A stretch of DNA of 64,000 bases, taken from assembly GCA_040080935.1 (NCBI GenBank), contig JBEBHI010000001.1, positions 9,698-73,697 of the forward strand, given 5' to 3'. The notes beneath the pieces are model-generated. The model was not told the DNA's origin and searched no databases. It was given only the letters and a program-made list of their open reading frames with translations. Origin of the DNA: Terricaulis sp. GTDB taxonomy: Bacteria > Pseudomonadota > Alphaproteobacteria > Caulobacterales > Aquidulcibacteraceae. The position numbers were made by a program, and so were the translations under genes. Below are positions 56,928 to 64,000 of the stretch, piece after piece; position 1 is the stretch's first letter; each line of letters begins with the position of its first letter.

Positions 56928-57161
56928 ATGACAAGTTTCGCGGACACCGCATTCCAACCGCCGCCCGAAGCAGAAGCCTTCTATATCGAAGGGCTCAAAC
57001 TCCTCGCCAAGAGCGACATTCCGTTTTTGATCTCCGGCACGTACGCCGTCACGGCCTACACGGGCATCGTGCGTCCGACGAAGGATCTCGACATCTTTTG
57101 CAAAGCTAGCGACTACCCGCGCATCCTCTCCTTCTTCAAGGCCCGCTTTCGCGCTGATTGA
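56928..57161 (+). pseudogene. truncated nucleotidyltransferase-family gene
   Basis: Pol-beta-type N-terminal motif PFLISGTYAV...RPTKDLDIF. The ORF stops after 77 aa, abutting the convergent yip1 gene. Confidence 0.65.
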
Positions 57162-57164
57162 AAT

Positions 57165-58301
57165 CTAGCGACCGAACATGCTTTCCAAGCGATCCAACCC
57201 GATTGTCTCTACGGATGCGCGCGCTTGATCCATGGTGACGCCGCCCTGCGCAATCATCACCATGCCGCGGCCGATGACGATGTACCGCGAAAACGCCGCG
57301 CGCACCTCTTCGGCGTAGAACCGGCCATCGATTGATTGCGTGCGATTATACCCGCCCTCCACCGTGCCGTCGGCCTGCACGGCGAGCAGCGCCGCAAGCG
57401 CAGTGGGATCGACGTCAGAGCTAAATTGTATGATCGACAGCGAAAGCATCGCGGCGCCGTCGCGGTACGCTGCATCGGCACGCGAGATGCCGCCACGCTG
57501 CGCGCTGCTGGTCGATTGGCGCGCAAAGCCGCCGGGCAGCGAGTCAGGGAATTGCTCTGCGAGACGCGCGGGGTCCGTGAGGATCGAGGCGCCGCTTGCT
57601 TGAGAGAGGCGATCAATAGCCAACTCGGCGCCGGAGCGCGTTGCGATCTGAGGCGCGGCCAGCGGCGGCGCGACAGATACAACGGCGCCGTTGAGCGCTT
57701 CGCGGCCGGAATGGATCAGCGGTCCGACAAAGGTGGCGACGAGCGCGATCATCAGCGCAGCGATCAATGCGAACAGAATAGTGAAGCGCGGCACGTTGTT
57801 GCCAGGATCACGGAGCGGCATCAGCGGCTGCATGCCGAGCGCTAAAAGCACCAGCGCGTAGATGACGCCAACAGCGACGACACCTCCAGCGACGGGCGGT
57901 GCGATAGCAGCGAACGTCGCGACGAGAATGGGTGTCGCCGAGTACGCAGCAAGGCGGTTAGCGTGCTCGCCATTTGCTTCGGCGCCAAAGCGCGGCGCGA
58001 GCCACGAAATGATGAAAGCGCTCGCGAGAACGCCGGCGATGGCGAACACCGCATAAAGCGCCGCCGAAACCCCTTTCGAGACCAACGCCGCATTGAGCGC
58101 GAAACTGCCGCCATAAAGCACGCTGGCGCCAAAGCTGATGATGGCGCCGAGGACAACCAACGGCACAACGTATGAGCCGATCAGCGGCGCATGGTCCTCG
58201 CTGGCAATGCGGCGCCATTCCGATTGCGGACGGATGAGTATGTTACGGACCCGCGCAAACAGACCCGGTCGCGCACCATCGAGCTCGTCAACTGTCGTCA
58301 T
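57165..58301 (-). CDS. Yip1 family membrane protein with C-terminal soluble domain
   Basis: RVRNILIRPQSEW, LAAYSATP, five TM helices, then about 170 aa of soluble sequence. Confidence 0.82.
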   Translation of the reverse strand: MTTVDELDGARPGLFARVRNILIRPQSEWRRIASEDHAPLIGSYVVPLVVLGAIISFGASVLYGGSFALNAALVSKGVSAALYAVFAIAGVLASAFIISWLAPRFGAEANGEHANRLAAYSATPILVATFAAIAPPVAGGVVAVGVIYALVLLALGMQPLMPLRDPGNNVPRFTILFALIAALMIALVATFVGPLIHSGREALNGAVVSVAPPLAAPQIATRSGAELAIDRLSQASGASILTDPARLAEQFPDSLPGGFARQSTSSAQRGGISRADAAYRDGAAMLSLSIIQFSSDVDPTALAALLAVQADGTVEGGYNRTQSIDGRFYAEEVRAAFSRYIVIGRGMVMIAQGGVTMDQARASVETIGLDRLESMFGR

Positions 58302-58352
58302 CAGCGCTCTCCCCGCTCAATGCTAGGAGCCCCGCGCCAAATGGCGCAAGCC

Positions 58353-59000
58353 TTAACTGACGCAGCTCGCGAGTGCGAACATCACGATAAGCGCGACGGC
58401 AGCAGCGACGGTGACTGTGGCGGCGTAGCTCAGCGCGCGATCCTCTGGCGCCTTCATCATGATCGGTAGGCCGCGATACATAACGTAGACCATCGCCGCG
58501 AGAGCGATGAGCGACACCCACCAAAGCGGTGGCCACAACGAGAAGAGACCCGAAAGCAGTGCCGGCGTGATCGAATATGCAGCCACTTTCTGCGCGCCGA
58601 TGTCGTTACGGTCAGCATCGAACTGATCAGCCAGCGTGTTGATTAGAACGCCAATCAAGAACACGAGCGCAATCGTGACCACCCAGGTCACGAACACACC
58701 AATGATCGCTGCACTGATCGAACCAACGCGAATGGGTTCGAAGATCAGCGAGCCAATGAGTCCCGCCACAGGCGGGATGGCGGCAAGCGGCGCGACGTAG
58801 CCGATCAAAAGATTCGGAACCGTCGTCTCTTCCGCTTTAATCTGCTCCCATTCCTTCTTCGGCTCGCGCAGCAAGCCATAGGCGCGCGTGAAGATGATCT
58901 CGGACTTGCGCACCGCTTCCTGCGCGCGCACGCGTGCGTCCTCGACGTTCAGATTGAAGCGTGGGCCACGAGGCGGTGTATTTTCGTTGTCAGCCGACAT
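58353..59000 (-). CDS. Yip1 family membrane protein
   Basis: LLREPKKEWEQI, YVAPLAAIP, KVAAYSITP, GLPIMMKAPEDRA. GAGGAG RBS. Confidence 0.88.
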   Translation of the reverse strand: MSADNENTPPRGPRFNLNVEDARVRAQEAVRKSEIIFTRAYGLLREPKKEWEQIKAEETTVPNLLIGYVAPLAAIPPVAGLIGSLIFEPIRVGSISAAIIGVFVTWVVTIALVFLIGVLINTLADQFDADRNDIGAQKVAAYSITPALLSGLFSLWPPLWWVSLIALAAMVYVMYRGLPIMMKAPEDRALSYAATVTVAAAVALIVMFALASCVS

Positions 59001-59065
59001 CGATTTCTCCTCGGGTATCCTAACTGCGCCGGGCCGCGCGCGCCACGCTTTCGCGTCTTGCGTGC

Positions 59066-60355
59066 TTAGGCCTTGAACGGATCGCGCATCAGGATGACGT
59101 CGTCGCGTTCCGGGCTGGTCGAAACGATCGCCGCCGGGCACCCGATCAGCTCCTCGATGCGGCGAATGTACTTAATCGCGTTAGCGGGCAGATCCTTGGA
59201 GCTGCGCACGCCTTGCGTCGTCGACTGCCAGCCTTCGAGCGTTTCGTAGATCGGCGTTACCGCTTCCTGGTCCTTGAGGCTCGCCGGCAGATAATCGAGC
59301 GTCTTCGAGCCGAGCTTGTAGCCGGTGCAGATCTTGATCTCTTTGAAGCCGTCCAGAACGTCGAGCTTGGTCAGCGCAATGCCATCGATGCCTGAGAGTG
59401 CAATCGACTGACGCACCAACACTGAGTCAAACCAACCGCAACGGCGCGGACGCCCAGTATTGGTGCCAACTTCGCGGCCGACTTCGCCGAGACGCTTGCC
59501 GTTCTCATCATCAAGCTCAGTCGGGAATGGGCCAGCGCCAACGCGCGTCGTGTAAGCCTTCACCAGGCCCAGCACGTAGCTAATCTTGCGCGGGCCAACG
59601 CCCGACCCCGCCGAAGCCTGGCCGGCGGCAACGTTGGATGAGGTCACGAACGGATACGTGCCGTGATCGACATCGAGCAGCATGCCCTGCGCGCCTTCGA
59701 ACAGCACGCGCTTGGAATCCTCGAACGCCGCATTGAGCACGCGCCACGCTGGTTGCGCGTACGGCAGCACCTTCGGCGCAATCTCGGCGAGTTCTTTCTT
59801 CAGCGCCGCCACATCGATCTCCGGCAGATCGAGCCCACGACGCAGCGCGTTGTGGTGCGCCGTCAGTCGTTCAATCTTCCAAGCGATAGAATCCGGATCG
59901 GCCAAATCAGCGACGCGAATGGCGCGGCGGCCGACCTTGTCTTCGTAAGCCGGGCCGATGCCACGCTTGGTCGTGCCGATGGACGCTGAACCGGCTTGCG
60001 CTTCGCGCGCCGCGTCGAGATCGCGGTGAAACGGCAAGATGAGCGCGGCTTGATCAGAGAGCACCAACTTATCAGCGGTGATCTTCACGCCCTGCGCGGT
60101 GATCTTCTCAATCTCGGCAACCAACGCCCAAGGATCGACAACGACGCCATTGCCGATGATCGAGAGCTTGCCCTGCACAACGCCAGACGGCAGCAGCGCG
60201 AGCTTATACGTGGTGTCGCCAACAACGAGCGTGTGGCCGGCATTGTGACCGCCCTGGAAGCGCACCACGACATCCGCGCGGTTGCACAACCAATCAACGA
60301 TTTTGCCTTTGCCCTCGTCACCCCATTGGGCGCCGACGACGACTACGCCTGCCAT
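59066..60355 (-). CDS. purA: adenylosuccinate synthetase
   Basis: [42 protein letters not shown]. Confidence 0.98.
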   Translation of the reverse strand: MAGVVVVGAQWGDEGKGKIVDWLCNRADVVVRFQGGHNAGHTLVVGDTTYKLALLPSGVVQGKLSIIGNGVVVDPWALVAEIEKITAQGVKITADKLVLSDQAALILPFHRDLDAAREAQAGSASIGTTKRGIGPAYEDKVGRRAIRVADLADPDSIAWKIERLTAHHNALRRGLDLPEIDVAALKKELAEIAPKVLPYAQPAWRVLNAAFEDSKRVLFEGAQGMLLDVDHGTYPFVTSSNVAAGQASAGSGVGPRKISYVLGLVKAYTTRVGAGPFPTELDDENGKRLGEVGREVGTNTGRPRRCGWFDSVLVRQSIALSGIDGIALTKLDVLDGFKEIKICTGYKLGSKTLDYLPASLKDQEAVTPIYETLEGWQSTTQGVRSSKDLPANAIKYIRRIEELIGCPAAIVSTSPERDDVILMRDPFKA

Positions 60356-60427
60356 GATTCACCTCGCGCGGGGTGTCGCCCAATCCGCCGTTTGGGGCAA
60401 GGCCGCGAGGGCCGTTGCGCTGTCAGA

Positions 60428-61783
60428 TCAGGTCTGCGGCGGCGCTTCCGGCGGGATTTCCGTCGTAGGCTCAGCCGCAACCGGCGCTGCCGGACGCCAC
60501 GGATCGAACGTCGCCGGCGGCCAATCAGGCGCAATGGCGGCGCTGGTCTTTGGCTGCGCGTCGGTTGAGTCGCGACGGATCAGTTGCTGCGCGCCGAGCG
60601 CCTCGCCCGTGCGATAGAGAATATCCAAGAGTTCGGGATCTTTGATGTCGAGCTTGCGCAGCTTCTCAACCAGCTTCGGGTTCAGCTCTTTGCCAAGCAG
60701 CGTTTCAATGTGCTCAGGCCGGCGGAACTCTTCCTCATCAATCTCAAGCCGCGCGTCGTAGCGCTGGAACGTCAGCACCGGCTCGCGTGAGAGCAGCGGC
60801 GTCGCCGTCTGCATCTTCACCTCGGAATTGACGTACCAGGGAAAGCGCGGGTTCGAGAGCATTTGCAGCGTCGTGATTTGCTGCTGGCAGATGTCGTGAT
60901 TGTAGCCCTCAAGCGCGGCCATCACCTTGCTCGAATACATGAGACTGCGGAAATCGCCGATCGCCTTGGCGCTGGAGCGGCGCTTGCGATTTCGCTTCTC
61001 GAACCGCTTGCGCACGTAGCCGGTGCCAACCGACCAGATCAGCAGCTTGTCCTCGCCCGTCTGCCAATTGAAACCGAACGCAGGTTCGGTGACCGTGAGC
61101 AGAAGTTGAAGCGCTGGGTTGTTGTTCGGACTCACGCCGCCATCGAAGAAGTGCGCATAGCCCGAGACGTTACCGTGCTTGCTGCGCGCCAGCGGCACGC
61201 GAACATCCGAGAAGTAAGTCGGCGCCGCAGCAGAAGCCTGCACCAGATCGCGGAGATAGAAATCTGAGTTGGCGATGCCGTCGTGCCCACTGCGTTCGTT
61301 GAAGTAGCACCAGTCCGAATTGTTCACGACGATCCAAGCCGAGCCGCTATCGATGCGCTTGGCGTGAATGGCGAGGCCGGTTTTCAGGTCAGTCGAATTG
61401 AGCTGGCGATCGCCGAGATGCTCCTGCAGCCCCTGCGTCAGCGCCTTGTTCTTGAACGCCGGGACGAGAACGCGCAGCGGCCCGGGCACTTGCGGCCGCG
61501 AAAAAATCGCCGGCAGCAGCTTGAAATAGAGATCGACGATGTCGCGTACGCGCCATTCGAGCGCCAGCGTCGTCGCGATGATGGCGCCGGTGGAGGTGCC
61601 GCCGATCAAATCGAAATAGTGCGCGAGACGAAAGCTATCGCCTTGTCCGCTACGTTCAGCGAGATGCCGCTCAAGCTGCGCGAGCACGCCGAGCGTCAGC
61701 AACCCACGTGCGCCGCCCCCATCCAGCGCCAAGATACGCTTCGGGCCTGGGCGATTGAATCGTTCACGCAAATGAGCGCTCAT
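60428..61783 (-). CDS. patatin-like phospholipase
   Basis: DGGGARG, GGTSTG (catalytic Ser), ASAAAPTYF, FDGG (catalytic Asp), SVGTG. Confidence 0.9.
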   Translation of the reverse strand: MSAHLRERFNRPGPKRILALDGGGARGLLTLGVLAQLERHLAERSGQGDSFRLAHYFDLIGGTSTGAIIATTLALEWRVRDIVDLYFKLLPAIFSRPQVPGPLRVLVPAFKNKALTQGLQEHLGDRQLNSTDLKTGLAIHAKRIDSGSAWIVVNNSDWCYFNERSGHDGIANSDFYLRDLVQASAAAPTYFSDVRVPLARSKHGNVSGYAHFFDGGVSPNNNPALQLLLTVTEPAFGFNWQTGEDKLLIWSVGTGYVRKRFEKRNRKRRSSAKAIGDFRSLMYSSKVMAALEGYNHDICQQQITTLQMLSNPRFPWYVNSEVKMQTATPLLSREPVLTFQRYDARLEIDEEEFRRPEHIETLLGKELNPKLVEKLRKLDIKDPELLDILYRTGEALGAQQLIRRDSTDAQPKTSAAIAPDWPPATFDPWRPAAPVAAEPTTEIPPEAPPQT

Positions 61784-61837
61784 GTAGCGTCCCCTTTCTG
61801 GAGCACTGGCGGCAAGGGCGGCGAACGCCGCCGGCGC

Positions 61838-62425
61838 TTAGTCGCGGCCGAGCTGATAACCGATGCGGATGCCGATTTGATCAACGCCCTGATTGTGCCC
61901 GCTGCCGATGATTTGGCCGTGGCTCAGATGTTCAAAAAAGAGCTGCCCCTCCCACGGACCTTCAAAGTCGCGCGTGAGACCGATCGATGTGCGGAAGAGA
62001 TCTTCCGACCCAAGCAACAAGTGATCTTTCGAAAAATCGACGTTCGCTTGTGAGCCGCCTGGAAACGGATTTTCCGTTGCGCCATCGTGGATGACGTAGC
62101 CAACGCCCGGCTCGATCGCCCAGCCTTCAGCGAAATCCCAGCGCCACTCGACGCCGAAACCGCCGAAGCTTGTATCGCCGGCGGTGTTCACCGAGGCCAT
62201 GATGTACGGCTGCGGCGAGCCTGCCCAATTCAAGAAGCCAGGTGAATCAAACGAGACTTGAAACTCGACGTTGGGGCCGTCTTCTTTGTCGGCATTCTTG
62301 CAATCGAGCACACAAATGTTGTGCTGCATCACGCCAACATGGATTTCGTTGATGCCAGCTTGTGCCTGCGGCGCCAGCGCCATCAGCGCGCCGAAAGCCG
62401 CGATCCCAGCCGTAGTTCCCCGCAT
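61838..62425 (-). CDS. PagL-like lipid A 3-O-deacylase / acyloxyacyl hydrolase, copy 1
   Basis: Signal peptide, amphipathic beta strands, LGSEDLFR, EHLSHG...NQGVD. Confidence 0.8.
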   Translation of the reverse strand: MRGTTAGIAAFGALMALAPQAQAGINEIHVGVMQHNICVLDCKNADKEDGPNVEFQVSFDSPGFLNWAGSPQPYIMASVNTAGDTSFGGFGVEWRWDFAEGWAIEPGVGYVIHDGATENPFPGGSQANVDFSKDHLLLGSEDLFRTSIGLTRDFEGPWEGQLFFEHLSHGQIIGSGHNQGVDQIGIRIGYQLGRD

Positions 62426-62483
62426 GTGCAGTCTCCCAATTCGGGGCGCAACCTAGCCCGGTCGCGCCCTGATAGGGAAGCGC

Positions 62484-63086
62484 TCAGTCCTGCGCTGTGT
62501 CGGGGTCGAAACGGTAGAGGAAGCGCAGGCCGACGTAGTCGAGACCTTGATTCCGCCCTTTATCGAGAATCTGGCCGTGGCTCATGTGCTCCCAATACAA
62601 CTGCAAACCGGCGCGATCACCGAACTCGCGCTCGAGCGCGAACGAGGAGCGGAAAAGGTCGCGTGAGCCAAGCAGCTGATTGTCCGCTTCGAAGGCGATG
62701 CCGTTAGGCGAGCCTTCCGGATACGGATTGTCGATTTCGCCGTCGTGAATGATGTAGCCAAAGCCCGGCTCGAACGCCCAGCCGTCCGCGAACTCCCAGC
62801 GCCAAAGCACGCCAATGCCGCCGAAATTCACGCCATCTTCGTCGGTTGCGATTGAACCGAAGAAATACGGGCGCGGCGAGCCGATCAGATTGAGGAAATC
62901 CGGTGAGTTAGAGACGAATTCCAACTCGACATTGGCGCCCTCTTCTTTGCCTTCGACGATATCGCCGTGGTCCGAGCGGACGTTGCCGACCACGCCAACG
63001 CGAACCTCTTCGATCTCGGCGTGAGCAGGCGCAACAAGCGACGCCACAGCCAAAAACAGCGTGGAGCCAAGCAGCTTCAATTTCAT
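62484..63086 (-). CDS. PagL-like lipid A 3-O-deacylase / acyloxyacyl hydrolase, copy 2
   Basis: Signal peptide, LGSRDLFR, EHMSHG...NQGLD, YRF near the C terminus. Confidence 0.8.
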   Translation of the reverse strand: MKLKLLGSTLFLAVASLVAPAHAEIEEVRVGVVGNVRSDHGDIVEGKEEGANVELEFVSNSPDFLNLIGSPRPYFFGSIATDEDGVNFGGIGVLWRWEFADGWAFEPGFGYIIHDGEIDNPYPEGSPNGIAFEADNQLLGSRDLFRSSFALEREFGDRAGLQLYWEHMSHGQILDKGRNQGLDYVGLRFLYRFDPDTAQD

Positions 63087-63203
63087 CAGGTCCCCCTCGG
63101 AGCGATGGCGACTTTCTGGCCATACTGAGGCGCGAACGCGCGGTTGGCGCTTCCAGTTCCCTCACATGGCGGTAATGTGGGCGCGGGTTTGGGGGAGACG
63201 GCG

Positions 63204-64000
63204 ATGGCGAAGAAGAAGCGAGCCGGAATTGTAACTCAGGGCGGGTTGTCAGCTGAATTGGCGAAGCGCAGCAAGCCGCGCTTGCAGCCCGGCATCAATA
63301 GGCCTGTGCTCGACACACTCACAGTGATCGTGATTTGGCTGGCCGCGATTGCCGCGGTGACAGTATCAGGCGTCGCTATCGTTGCGATCGGCTGGCCTAA
63401 AGTGTTCGATATCTTCGTACCGCAAGGCGCCGACTATCGATCCAACCTTGTCGTCGAAGCGGTTTTCTTCTGGATTGAACTCGCTGCCATCATCGTCGGT
63501 ATGCGCGCGCTCGATCGTTTTCTAAGCAAGAGCAATCGTCAGCTGCGGGCGATCGCCATCGCACGCAAACTTGGCGAGGTTGAGCGCGAGATCGTTGAAT
63601 TTCAAACAAGCTTCGTTGGCAGCCTAGATCGGAACGCACAAAACGGCGCCTTCCCGGGCGCGCAATTTCAAACAATCCCGGAGCGTATGCGAGATGTTCG
63701 CAACGATCTCCGCATCTTCATGATCCGTCTGGAGAACACGTATTCCGTCGAAGGCCGCCTTATTCATAGCTGCTTAGATGAGTTCGACCAGATCGTCCGT
63801 GACACGGCGCGTCTCGCAGCGTTCTGCGCCTCGTTGAACTCGACCCTCGCCGCCGGCGTCGCCGTCGAAACCAAAGAGACGACGCGCGCTCAATTGCTCG
63901 ACGGCATACGCAAGCTCGTCGACTTCGAAGGCGATGGATACACCCTGCGCATAGGCCGGTTGCAAGAAACGGCTGCCGAGACCGCCAATGCGCTCGTCGG
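63204..64000 (+). CDS. hypothetical 2-TM protein, truncated by window end (absent from ORF track)
   Basis: GGGAG RBS and ATG at 63204. The frame is open to the end of the window (MAKKKRAG...VIVIWLAAIAAVTVSGVAIVAIGW...VFFWIELAAIIVGM...). Confidence 0.75.
   Translation, partial: MAKKKRAGIVTQGGLSAELAKRSKPRLQPGINRPVLDTLTVIVIWLAAIAAVTVSGVAIVAIGWPKVFDIFVPQGADYRSNLVVEAVFFWIELAAIIVGMRALDRFLSKSNRQLRAIAIARKLGEVEREIVEFQTSFVGSLDRNAQNGAFPGAQFQTIPERMRDVRNDLRIFMIRLENTYSVEGRLIHSCLDEFDQIVRDTARLAAFCASLNSTLAAGVAVETKETTRAQLLDGIRKLVDFEGDGYTLRIGRLQETAAETANALV

Noticed and set aside
60428-61783. Patatin as a CBASS CapV-type effector
   Set aside because: No CD-NTase or cap genes are adjacent. The only nucleotidyltransferase-like ORF is a 77-aa fragment 3 kb away on the other strand, with a stress promoter.
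1-64000. tRNA/rRNA genes, CRISPR arrays, IS elements, prophage or integrase
   Set aside because: None were recognised. The intergenic gaps are short and no transposase, integrase or phage motifs appear in the ORFs. A covariance-model scan would be needed to exclude small RNAs.

Overview
High-GC alphaproteobacterial chromosomal segment. The gene content and repeat types suggest Caulobacterales/Hyphomonadaceae (inference). It holds about 75 tightly packed CDSs. Housekeeping and metabolic genes include ecm/meaA, xth, lepB, nrdA, nudC, arfB, rmuC, pduO, phbB-phbA-phaR, thrS, yidD, cysS, folE, phoD, rluD, rpoH and purA. These are interspersed with small accessory genes, many in tandem paralog pairs. 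I saw no rRNA, tRNA, CRISPR array, transposase or integrase. Non-coding signals readable directly from the sequence: two NrdR-like boxes before nrdA; a sigma32 promoter and a perfect alphaproteobacterial LexA box before rpoH; several EcfG/SigT promoters; a PhaR-like palindrome before ecm; two CIR/RIME-type palindromic repeats, one of them translated as the tail of YidD; and a multi-stem leader that could occlude the folE ribosome-binding site. The most unusual element is a stand-alone 551-aa gene (52922-54577) that reads as tandem (AbrB-like + ACT)x2 sensor modules fused to a TIR-like domain with the catalytic Glu, a candidate metabolite-gated NADase or defence protein. Other highlights are a circularly permuted Tat-lipoprotein D-amino-acid oxidase, a membrane-anchored pseudo-TIR protein, a Tat/lipoprotein serpin and a diverged remnant of the gfa 3' end. 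All assignments come from motif recognition by eye, and no database searches were run.
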